Positions 13,320 to 26,300 of a DNA stretch of 64,000 nt are shown here, piece after piece. This DNA comes from Mytilus edulis (taxonomy: Eukaryota), in NCBI RefSeq assembly GCF_963676685.1, contig NC_092351.1, positions 88,350,001 through 88,414,000 on the forward strand. The letters run 5' to 3'. Within the stretch, counting starts at the first letter, position 1. Each line of letters begins with the position of its first letter. A model generated the notes under the pieces. That model did not search any database and had not been told where the DNA came from. It saw nothing but the letters and a program-made list of their open reading frames with translations. The position numbers and the translations under genes are program-made.

Positions 13320-14712
13320 ATAAAATAAGAGTGCACACACTGAAATGTCTCGCCTTTACTACTAACCATTGATAGGTTACTACAACTATCCTATCATTTT
13401 AACATAATCCAAGAAAATGAGGTAAAGGTCAGATGATCCGAACTGGAAATACATGTACATTTGTACACCTTACAATCATTTCATACACCAAATAAGTTTT
13501 AAATATACTTGAGCTATTGCACATCGAAGAAACAAACTAAACCAGGAAAAGTTAACAATGATGAATGAACAATGACAATGAGACAAAAGACAGAAGAACG
13601 CTGCAAGACAGACATGTATGTACACCAGAAAATGGTATTTTTATTTTCGAATCAAGATATTATAAGATTATGTGCCAAAACCTGTAATTTTATTCTTAAA
13701 CGACGCCGAGAAGTTTTATATTGTAAATAATAATTAAATACTTTTGTTATATAATTTTACCATTTAGGTTTAATATTTAATATGTACATATACATATTCT
13801 TTTAAGTGATTATCGTCTCTCATAAATCTGTACAGATTGGCTTATGTATACAAAATGTATCTTTTATAAATGTATTGTGTAATTTTATACATAAGGTGAG
13901 ACGTAAATAAAATATTGAATTGAATTGAATTACAATCATTACATGTTTTAAATATAGTTTGCATATATAGTATCTAAGAAATACACTAAATCAGCAAAAC
14001 TTTTAATAAGATTGACCAATGAACCATGAAAATAATGTCATAGTCAGATGATAATTGTCAGACAGACATATACATGATATACATGCACCTTAAAATCATT
14101 CCATACACCAAATATAGTTGACCTATTGCTCAAAGTATTAGAAAGACAGATAAAAAACTAAAATTTAACATTGAGCAATGAACCATAAAAATGAGTTCAA
14201 GGTCAAACAAAACATACCAGACTGACATGTACATTCTAAAATATGTGAAAACACCAAATATAGTTAACCTATTGAATTCTATTATAAAACAATAGACTAA
14301 AACACAAAAAACTTAACTATAATAACAAATGAATCATGAAAATGAGGTCAAGGTCAGATGACACCTTCATTTCTAGACAAGATGGACTTGTACACATAAA
14401 AATCACTCCATACACAAACTATAGTATACCTATCATGTCTTTTGCATACATTATTAGAAAAACAGACTAAAACAAAAAAAAAAACTGTTATTGTCTTCTT
14501 AACAATATAACAAAACTTGACAGCAATAAAAAAAATATTGATTCAGGTGATTCATTTTGAAAAGAAGTATCTTTATCATTTTCTTTGGATGTCTAGATGC
14601 ATGGGTTTAGAGATTATTTTCATTATACCCTGACGAAACTGTGCATTAATACATCCCACATAAAATTGTTCATAAAATGCCTAAGTCCTGACTAAGCATA
14701 AGGGGAGATAAT
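13320..14712 (-). mobile_element. Degenerate Helentron-associated (HINE/pearl-like) element with internal core repeats
   Basis: Repeated core aatgaaccatgaaaatgaggtcaaggtcagatga...catacaccaaatatag; boundaries approximate. Confidence 0.5.
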
Positions 14713-15837
14713 ATGACCAGTTTGGCAAGTGTTTTTCGTTTTTTGTAGCAACTTAATCACAATGTAAACTACTTGAGTGCATCAGTTCAACAGATCATAA
14801 CTTACACACGTTGAACCTATCTATATAACTTGATTTGTAGAGTTGGTTAGTTTTCGCCTTTATACATGTTATATGTATGCAGGATAAGTTTTAACTTTTT
14901 ATTCAAAGTGTATTGGGAAACCAGTAATTGCAACTTATACTAATCCTTTTCCACTTTGCAGGTGCGAGTGCTGCTTCGTAGCGGCATAAGTCTGCTCCTC
15001 AGGTCTGCTCTTTTTCGATATCTACAAGGGTGTCTTTCACATGCATGTCTCTCTCTCTCTCTCTTTATTAATATTCATCCCCTTAAGACGGACTATCATT
15101 CATCGTTTATGAAGACCATATTTGCGAAAATTCGATGATGTATTGTTAAATGTTTAACGTCCAGTAGCAAAATATATTTATTGTTGTTTGTTCAAAGTGG
15201 AAAATATTTCAAGAATATACAGGACAAGAACATATTATTTCTTGGCAATCATACTAGATCTTCTTTTTTTATTTATAAAGAGGACGTCCGTGCAACCAAC
15301 CGGCAGAGGCACCCGATCTAATCAAAAACAAATCAATGCTAGTACCGATTAACATGATTAAACACATATTCAAATATCGTACACACGTGACACATGGTAC
15401 AGAGGAGCTAAGATGATTATCATTAAGTTTATCAGTTGAGTATGTTTATTGAAAACGTTCAAGATCATATATTTATAGTTGTCTCCTCTCCCCAAAAAGA
15501 GTAAATGGTTGTCCTCTCTATTTTTTTTTTTATCGTGACCTATTTCACCTATTAATACAGATTAATTCTTGGAAGAATGTACAATATTTTGTAAACTAAA
15601 TTTTGTCAAATTTATATTGCGTTCGTTAATTTTATTCGTTTTTATAAAAATTAAAACTTTTTTAAAACGAATCACATCTGAAAAATTAAATAGTATAATG
15701 AGCATAGATAATAACAAACACGTACACCATTGTACACTACTGACGACAAGCATACATGTATTTACATTGTATGTATATTCTACTTCCTCATTCAACACAA
15801 CTTAATCTATAATATAGTTAGTAAAACGATTGCAAAC

Positions 15838-16045
15838 CTTGAATCTAATTCATGCATTTAAGTCTCTCTATTCCAATGCGATGTTCCTTTTGGTTGAATA
15901 ATGCTTAAGTTACGGTATGTCTCAATAAAAATAGAGAAATCTTGAGTGCTAATTTTTGACATTGCTTAACAACACGAGTTATCGTTCTTTTGTAACAGGT
16001 TCGAGACAACTGGAGTGCGTAAGTTTGTTCGAGAGGGAAATTTAA
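15838..16045. promoter_or_regulatory. Candidate bidirectional promoter and divergent non-coding first exons of HSPA12 copy 1 and the MIEAP-like gene
   Basis: Both start-codon exons are preceded by acceptors, so 5' exons are needed upstream. Back-to-back donors: - strand aag|gtttgc at 15837 (weak) and + strand gc|gtaagt at 16019 (strong). gggaaattt lies at about 16035. Confidence 0.35.
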
Positions 16046-17320
16046 ACAGTGTCATGTTGAAACGGTCATCTTGTCAGATCTGATCACAAAAGATTGAAAA
16101 TAAATTATCATTTTCTTTTCAGCTTTTAAGTTAATTTTCTGATATATATCGCTTGCAGTCAATAAATAAACTCATCATAGAAGATACCGCGGCAGGACTG
16201 ATTAAAATCATGTGTACGCTAATTGCGTGTTTCGTCTAGAAAAACCCACACGAGACGCTCGAATCAAAAAGTTGAAAGGCTATATACAGTACGAAGTTGA
16301 CGAACATTAAGGACCTAAAATTACAAAAGTTTCGCAGATATGGCTAGGCTAAGATAATCAATTCCTTTGGAGCAAGTCCTTAGTATTTTAAAAAAAAGAT
16401 AAAATATTTGTAAACGGTCAAACTTAGAAATCACCAAAGTGGGCCTCCTCTTGTTGTAGCCAGTGACCATCCCTCTTTATGAATATTTCTGGATCCGCCA
16501 ATAATTTATGATTATGACCGTATTAATTATTGTTTATGTCAACACTGAAGTGCTGACTAAGTACACTAGGCTGGTGATACCCTCAGAGAGGGAGCTATTT
16601 CCAGTTACTTTTTTTTTCATTACAGAAATAACAAAATACTAAATTATCTAAAAAGCTAAAGAACAGTTCTGTATTTACTGCAAGCAAAACATATGACCAG
16701 TACTTCAACTTAATAATTTCAGACTTTTCAGCTGATGTTAGAATAAAAAATAAAACCGAAAAATTCATATACAAACACTATGTCTGGCAGATGAGAGTCA
16801 AGACTTTTGAAAACGGGGTGTTAACTAGGCAACGTTTAGAGTATAGCCCGAGTATAGCCCGAGTATAGCATATCAAATTTTAAGCATTAACCATATTATA
16901 TATAGCCTTTTTAATCCTCCTAGCTAGTCAATATCTCCTTTCAGTTTTTGGTGGGTTTTTTAAGTAGCATATTTATTTAGCACACGACCTTGCTATGTTT
17001 TGTGTGTTATTGTAAACAAAAAATAGTTGCGGTTTTAACTTTTTATAAAAAAAAAATGATATTTTTTTTTGTGAAGAATTAAAATGTAGTCTTTCATGAA
17101 AATAATCAATTTTAACTAATAAAAATTTTAATATACTGAAATATACTACATCTGTGACATTCTATTGTATTTACAACACAAAAGCAAACATTCGTTGGCC
17201 ATCGATTATCATTATTACAGTCAGCTACGTTCACCTGATAATAAATTTAAAAATAACCTTTTCTGACGAAGAATTGATTTTCTTAAAGTGAACCTCATCT
17301 AATTTACTTCCTCGTTTAGA

Positions 17321-20300
17321 ATGGAGAGAATCAGAAGGTCCCTTAGAAAAAAGAAGAAAAATAAGCAGAAAGATGATAATAATTACAGACCAGAAACCTC
17401 AGGGTTTGTATATATATGCACTTACAGGAGTTGAAATTATTGACATGCATTTTGTTTACTTTCGGTTTTGTGAACCTGTAGCAATGTTGTTAATTTATGC
17501 AAATGCATTAACGTATACAATAATAGGTCGAACTTTAAATAATAAACTTATGACACAGAGGTATGTCTGTACTGTATGTAAACCGCTATCCAAAAGCTTA
17601 ATAGTTTACCATGACTGTGTAAGAGTACAAGGCATACTTATCTCCCTTGAAATGAGCTGCTTGCCATACAACTGCATGCAAAATATCATTGACTTTATCA
17701 TAAGCGGTCCCCCTTAAACTGACCTAATGACAAAGTTTAACATTTATACCATGACTAAGAGGCCCAAACGAAAGCAAGACAAAAACATTAGTGCTTCCCT
17801 ACATCATAGGGCAAATGGCATCCATTCACATATATAATACTATATACCCGATTTGATTATCCATTTTATGTAAATTTTCATTACCCAAATTTATTTTTAG
17901 CTATAAGATTGTAGTGTTATTTCTTCCCTCTTCTTTTCATTTTATACATAAGGGAGCAGCCATTTAAGTTCAAGGGGGAGGGGTATGGTTTTTTGTCAAA
18001 GTCATATTTTTTTTATAAAGTTTTTCAATGCTTTCAATCAATTCCTTTTTTTTTTAAATTCAAGACTATGATATATGGGGTGGGTGGTTAGGGGGGTGGT
18101 GAGTTCAGAACAATTTTTGAGAACAGTGCAAAACAGTTAATATATTTACACAATTATTTTTTAAATAATACAATTGTATTATGTTTACATTTCTTGTGGG
18201 ATATTTTTGAAAAGTTCAAAGAACAAATAGTATACAAACAAGGAGGAACCTGATGTTCAGCGATTGTCGTTTTTGATGTGGTTCATAAGCCAGTGTTTTC
18301 TCGTTTCTCTTTTTTTTTTAATATAAATTAGACCGTTTGTTTTCCCGTTTGAATGGTTTTAAACTAGTCATGGTTAGGCCCTTTATAGCTTGCTGTTCGG
18401 TGTGTGCCTAGACTCTGTGTTGAAGACCTGTAATGGTTTACTTTTACAAATTGTCATTTGCAACTAATCACATCTACTTATATCTAAGGGCATCACAAGC
18501 TTTGGTGAGATTTTAACCAACAAGTTTGGAGTATAGATTTGTGCAACCACCTACGAGGAACATTGGAAGGCTCTGAGACTGATTTTTTTTTTAAAGTAGC
18601 AATATTTTTACAAGCCATGTTCATGTTTTAAACAAATGTTTTCGAACTGGTGATTATTTCAACCATGTATAGTATGTAAATAACAAACCGTCTCCTCGAA
18701 AGCAGATTGAAGCTAAAGTTGTTTTTAGCTAACCTAGTGAGATTTTCTCATCACTTGGCGTCCGTCGACTGTCGTCGTCGACGACCGTTGTCCGTTAACT
18801 TTTACAAAAAATTTCTACTCTAAAACTACTGGGCCGAATTAAACCAAACTTGGCCTAAATCATCCTTAGAATATCTAGTTTAAAAATGTATCCGACGACC
18901 CCGCCAATCATCCAAGATGGTCACCATGGCTAAAAATAGAACATTGGGGTAAACTGCAGTTTTTGGGATATATCTCTGAGACTAAAGCCTTTAGAGCAAA
19001 TATGAAAAGCGGTTTTGTACTTCCAGTTCTATTTGCCCTAAAACTTTCAGACGCATCAGACAACCCGTTGTTGAGTTGCTGCCTCTGAATTGGTAATTTT
19101 CAGCAACTCTGAATCGGTAATTTTCAGCAACTCTGAATTGGTAATTTTCAGCAACTCTGAATCGGTAATTTTCAGCAACTCTGAATTGGTAATTTTAAGG
19201 ACATTTAACAGTGTTTAGTCATTATCTTTTTTATATTATAACAGATAGAGATAACTGTAAACAGCAAACTTGTTCAGCAAAGGAAGCTCTACAAATAAGT
19301 GAGCATGACCAAAATTATCATTTGACCCAATAAATTTTTCATAAATATTTGTAAGTGCAGTTCTTGTGATATATCTCTGAAAATAAATCTTATGGGCCAA
19401 TTAAATCTGACGTGGGATAACATGTTCATCAGGTCAAGATAAATCTGCCCAGATATATTTTCAGACGCATCCGTAACTCTTTGTTGGGTTGTTGCCTCTG
19501 AATTGGTAAATTTAAGGAAATATTGCAGTTATGGGTTTATATCTTGAATATTATATTAGATAGAGATAAACTATAAACAGCAAAATTGTTCAGCAAAGTA
19601 AGCTCTACAAATAAGTTAGCATGACAAAAATTATCAATTGACCCCTTCAGGAGTTTTACCCTTTAAAGTCTGCTTTTTACAATTTTTCGTAAATTTTTGT
19701 AATCTTTTAATAATTATAGACAGATAACTGTAAACAGCAAGAGTGTTCAGTAAAATAAGATCTACAAATAAGTAAGCTTGACCAAAATTGTCAATTGACC
19801 CCATAAAAACACAAAAAGAGATAATTTTGTCATGAATTCTATTGTTGTCTTTGATATTGTAGAGTGTCCTTTGTGTTTAATATGTACCACAGCACATAGT
19901 CCAAGGTGAGCGACACGGGCTCTTGAGAATCTCCAGTTTCTTTTTCATGTTCTGTGCTTAAGTTTTATTTTGCAAAAATACGTTTTCTCGTGCTAAAAGA
20001 ATGCATACATGTAGCATATTTCAAAACAATACAAAAAAGTTTCTTCGTATACCAAGTAATGACAGTAATTGCTGTTTAATTCACATGTTTGACTCTTTTC
20101 AGTTGTGTTTCCACTGAAGTTCGAGTTGTTGTGACAGGGACAGAAGCTCAATCGAGAGTCAGTGAACTGAAGGCATGTGCAAAGAAACTAAAGAATAAAT
20201 TAAAGAAAGATGGATCGGGGAAAAGGAGTCCTGTCAATGATTACAGAGATGAGTACAGTAATTTACGTGAACAAATGGAGCAAGTTAAACAGGTAAAAGA

Positions 20301-23300
20301 TATCATCTTTGTGTGCAACTAACCACGTAATTACAAGAGTACAATATCGACACACTTCGTATTTCCTCTGCAAACATCGAAAAAACTCATACTAGATAAA
20401 TACATATATATTAATATATAAGTACGTCTGAGTCAGTGATAACTCTACAACAGATTTATCTATCGGATCACCAGCAATAATGGTGATGCATGGCTGTGTA
20501 CATTATGTGTAAACAACTCGTCTAAACATCAACCAAACAATGTTAGATCTGTAAATTTGCTTTCGCAAATTTTTTGTTCTTCCCTCGCCGGGATCGAACC
20601 CATGCTTCTGAGATATCGTGACACCAAATCGATAGACCTTACAAAATAGCCATCCAATTGTACCAAACTTATAGAAATAAATTAGTCCTTTAAGTCTAGC
20701 AAAACTATGTAGATGACGAACCCAATAAAGCCACTGAACTTGATGATAAGAGTAAATGAACTTATTTCAACACTTGTGATTTATGCATATACTTTATCAG
20801 TTAATGCTTGTATGTAATTTTGATATACAAAATTATAAGTCTGGTATCTTTTAAATATTTGTTTTAGACTAATGTGACCAGGGAAAAAGCAGCTGCAATT
20901 TAATATTTTGGACTTTAATGTGACCAGGGAAAAAGCAGCTGCAATTTAATATTTTGGACTTTAATATAAAATTCTCAATTTTGATATTTTAGACTTTAAT
21001 TCTCTGTATTTTATAATTCACTATATTTTATAATTCACTATATTTTATAATTTCGTGTCTATTTACATTTCGTATCCAGGACTTAAAATCAACATGCTTT
21101 GCTTTGCATTTAATTCTCAGTTTGGACATTGAGTGAGATGTTATACTCTGTTAGCTAATTAGGGACATTTTACCTTATTCATAATGTTTGTTCTTAATTG
21201 TCATAATCAGATTATCATTTAATATTTATTCTTTAAGTTCTAAAAATAGTTTAATCTTTGTCAGTGAACAATATTACTCAAATTAATTGTTATTTGTTAT
21301 GTCTATACTTGTCAATTCAATTGTGTATAAATACTTGTTTATAATTTCTATAAGCAAGATTCGAACTCAGGGACAGTCCATCTGTAATAAAAGTAATAGT
21401 ATTCCATGCTGAATTGTTGGTTTATTCGTCGCTAGTTCCAGAGTTTCAGTAGTTAGTTTTCACCAGAGTTTCAGAGTCCAGATTTCTCATTGCTATTCAC
21501 AGCAATCGTTCGTTGTGTGATCAGGTGCATCACATAATTTCAGTAACAAGAGGCCATTCAGTCAGGCTCTTGTTGCACGACCCTACAAGTCACCCAGTTT
21601 TCCCCGGTGACACTAATATGAGACAGAATCTTCTTCCAAATGCTTCTACCGCCTTTCTATACTTACAGCAAAATGCATTGAGTGTGTAGGTAAAGGTAAT
21701 ATCTTCGACTAGCTTTATGCTAAGTATACTACCATCTCTTTTCGGAGAAAGATAGATTATCTGTCGGACTAGTCTACTCTTAAACGATTGGAGTAAAACT
21801 AACCTAATAAAAACTTCACGGTTCAGCTAGCAAACAAGCTAGTCAAACATATATTAACCTTTACCTACACACTCAATGCAATTTACTGTAAAAGTCTTTC
21901 CTGTGTTCATGCATATTGCTGTCTAATGACCTTTTTCGAGTGTATAGCCACAATATCCTTTTATGCATTCAGCTTATTTTTTTCTTTTAATAAATTTGTC
22001 CTCCTCTGCCAGTGTTTCCAATGTCCAGATGACGATGACCATGGGAGAGTTGATGAAGATGCTGGAGGATTCAAAAGACCGAGGTAAGGAAAAGTCCATT
22101 TAATTTAAAATGATATAGTTTGGTTTTTTTTTAACTAAAAAGACTATGCTGATCCTCAATTTTAAGAAAACAAATACTGTGATCAAGCAGATGACAAAAC
22201 AAACTGTTCTGAATCCAGATTCGAAAAATGTTAGCAAAGTACAATTTACGAATAAGAAAATTGTGTATGATTTCTAATTACACAAGTGTTCGCCAAAGAC
22301 AAAATGACATATATAAAGGCAAATTTATGTCACCATACGGTTTTAGCAAATGATCAAACCTTATACTGTAAATTTAAATATATAAAGCTTCGACAAGGCA
22401 AACAGTTCATACGATTTTATTTTCATTTTTTATTGCTATTTATTCACAGAACAAATTCTCCTACACATGCTGCAACAGTCCACAATAACGAACGTGAACC
22501 TATAGCGGATTATACATACAGCGAGAGTCGGAATAATGAAAGGTATTTACTTATTAACATTTGTAAGGGATATATGCATAGAGAGCTATAAACGTCAACA
22601 AGACTGCGATCTAGTGACGACAAAAAACAACAACAGATGACATCTTGAGAGCAACTTTAGTCTTTTTATTAAAACTATGATATTTATTTGCATGTGGCTA
22701 TACAAAATGTTGAGCTATTATATATCGTTAAGAGTCTCTAAATTTTTACATCAACTATAAACAGAAACAGTTTTTATTCTTAAAAAATACACAAATTCCC
22801 AAAATGAAAAGTGAATTTTATTTATGACATAGGACACCTATTGAGGAATATGTAGGTTCTAGTAACTTTGAATACACGTATTGGATAAACACCGACTTGG
22901 AAATGATATCAACTTTAAAAATACCGATTATTAGTTTACTTGTCAGAAAAATACATTTAATTGAAAGAACGACAAAGTATCATTTACATTGTAAAAACGG
23001 TCATGTTGTATCAAGGTTTGGAACTCATTCTCACGATCAAGATCAGCTTTAAAAAAAATGGAAAGGTTAACAACTATATTATTTTCGGTGGTCTGGTCTC
23101 GTGATAACATTCTGTCCTGCGTGTTGAATTCCTGGGCGAGTAATACCAAAGACATTAATGTTGACAGAAATGGTTTAGAAAAATAGCCTTATAAATGAAG
23201 TAAACCAAACCGTACAAATGTGACTGGGTAAGGCTATATGCTTCCTTTGAACATCCAGTCAGACTAAACCAATATTAACATGTTATTTACTATATATACC

Positions 23301-26300
23301 TGAAAAGCATCAATCTGCTTCAACAAAAATTATTTTTCTGGAATACAAATTAAGTGTTTCGACTCCTTAATATAACAATGAATTTGAAATGTATGATACA
23401 AAAGACAGACAATATATATATAATTTTCAGAGTAGACACCTCACGTGTACCATTTCACCGTTCACACAGTGTTGATGACAGAAAGACAAGGAAACTAGAG
23501 TAAGAATAAATAAATAAACACAAATAATACAAGCCTACGAGAAATTGCTTCCTCAATTATTGGGAAAAGGTGAATTATATACATTTAATAATCCATTTCT
23601 CAAGTTTTTTTCCTATTATTTAAATACATTGAGATATAAAACTATAGCGAGACAGAAATAATCCGAAATGGCACTTATTCTTCGCCTTACGAGAATAAGA
23701 GATAATACAATATTTATCATATTTTAAAACCGACACGACTCTATACACTATACAAAATAAGTGGCGTAAGTAGTTAACTGAAACATTAGATATGTCCGGA
23801 AGCATCTTTCGTTTTAAACAATTTCGGGAAAGATTGATTATAACTTAGATATAGCATATAACATTTCGAACGTTAATATTACGAACGTATAAAACTAATT
23901 ACGAACGTATCAAACCATCACTACTATAGTGTCAAACAATACGAAGATACGATTGAGATATCAGTAATTATATAATTAGGTATTTTTTTAATAATTTATA
24001 CAGAACATAAAAAAAATATTCATTTGATATGACATTTTCTATAATTAGTATTTATTTTTGCATTATTAGTTATAGAATGCAAGAAGAATTAAAAGTACGA
24101 GAACAGGCTAATGAAAAGTAAGTTGTTAATTCAAATAAGCAAATATAAAAAAGAAGATGTGGTTTTAATTCAAATAAGCGAAACTGTTTAACAAAACATG
24201 TTTCTGATGGATCATCAAATGAATAAGTAATATATATATAACTTCGACAGATGTTTTAGACATTCCACCACAGTTTTAGTGGCAAACATTTTGATTTAAA
24301 GAAATAACATGTTTAAATAGAAATTTTGTTGTATCATACGTAACACACTACACTATTTCACCTTATATAGATACAAATGTATAGGAAGATGTGGTATGAG
24401 TGCCAATGAGACAACTCTCCATCCAAATAACAATTTATAAAAGTAAACCATTATGATTATAGGTCAAGGTACGGCCTTCAACACGGAGCATTGGCTCACA
24501 CTGAACAACAAGCTATAAAGGGCCCCAAAATTACTAGTGTAAAACCATTCAAACGGGAAAACCATTATACATTTTTTGTAAATACACAGACATCTTTTGA
24601 TTATGTTTTCAGACTCCAACGTGATATACAATATTATAAGGATCAATTACAGCAATATAAAGACGATCTTAGGAGGAGCAAAAGGTATGTATAGGAACAA
24701 GCTGTCTGTAAATGGACTTAATCTAGGTACTTCTGATGAAACCTATTTCCTATGTATTAAATGAACATGAACGAATTTTGTGATTCCCGACATTGTTATT
24801 ATTTATGGAAAAAAGTCTTGAATTCTGATATTTTCTATTTTGATAGTTTGAATTTTGGATGTTTAACAAATGCTGATAAAATCCTACTTTCAAATTGTTT
24901 TTAAATATATTTTTCATTTCAACAAACGGATATATACATACTTTTCTTATATTTTTCGTAAATCGTAAATATACTCCTCAATTTACAACACCAGATTTCT
25001 GTGGGCGAGTGACTTCTTTAAAAATATTTTCAAGGGAAATATAAAAAGAAGATTTTGTATGGTTGCCAATGAGACAACTCTTAACAAGAGACCAAGAGAC
25101 ACAGACAACTATATGTCACCGTACGGCCTTCAACAATGAGCAAAATCAGAAATGTATTGCAGAGATATTTTGCCTTATCTTCATAATGGAGAATACTGTG
25201 GGACTGAGAGTTCTAAAATTTGAACAAATGAATGCCAGAATTAAATCAATCAATCAATTATTTAAATAAAACAAATTAATCGCCCTCATTTTAAAAGAGA
25301 AAAGAAATTCAGATTTTCAGTTCTTCATAAAGGAGAAGATGCGATCTGAAGTCGGTTTCACAAAATACCACTAAGATTGATCTTAAGTACTACTTAATTG
25401 TTCATTTCTTATGATCAATCATAGTCGTAAGTTTTGAAACAAACTTCAAGGTCCTACTGTTAATGACCCCTAATGATATTACTAGTCCATTTTAAAAAAA
25501 TGAAACTAGAATCATATTCAAAACAGTGTGGTCCTGGCCATTGATTGACGACCTAAATTATCCCATTGACTGTGACAGCTTATGTGAACGTTTGTCTGTA
25601 ACGACCATTGCTCACTTGTTACTTATTATAGAATTTAAACTGTGGGGACACCAAAGGTTTTTAACGCCTTTAATAATAAAATAATTCGAAAAATTATTCA
25701 TGAATAACCTTTATGTTTTGATTTAGTGTCTTTTAAAAGTACATAGTGAGCAGTGATTGTTTCCGACAAACGTTCACCTAATCTGTCCCAGTCAATGGGA
25801 TAATTTAGGTCGTCAATCAATGGCCAGGACCACACTGTTTTGAATGTCTATTCAAGTTGATGCATAAACATAAGAAAAGATAAATAGACCGTACACAAGT
25901 ACACATAAACAGCATCAAGATATACATGTACTGGTAATTGAGTTTTAGAGTTTATCTATTAACAACAAAATAAATATTTTTATATTTGAAACTTTCAGAG
26001 ACCTGGATACAGAAATCAAAGCAAGAGAAGAGGCACAAAATAGGTACATGTACTGTGAACATAATGTATGTCGAATATATATATGGTCTCTTCTAAATAA
26101 AGGGAACTATTTTGAGTTCGATTTTTACGAAATTTTCTCAAAAACAAAAACATACAATAAAAGGAAAATAAAAGGAATATGATATACTGCAATGAGACAG
26201 CAACCAAAGGATATAAATAACAAAAGACATACAGCCCTCAACGACAGATCGTGTCTTTGTCAGTCACTAAGTTGTGAAAAGATAAAAATAGAATTACCTA

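Noticed and set aside
20570-20631. tRNA gene
   Set aside because: Only a B-box and T-arm-like segment attached to repeat body; no full cloverleaf, so called a SINE.
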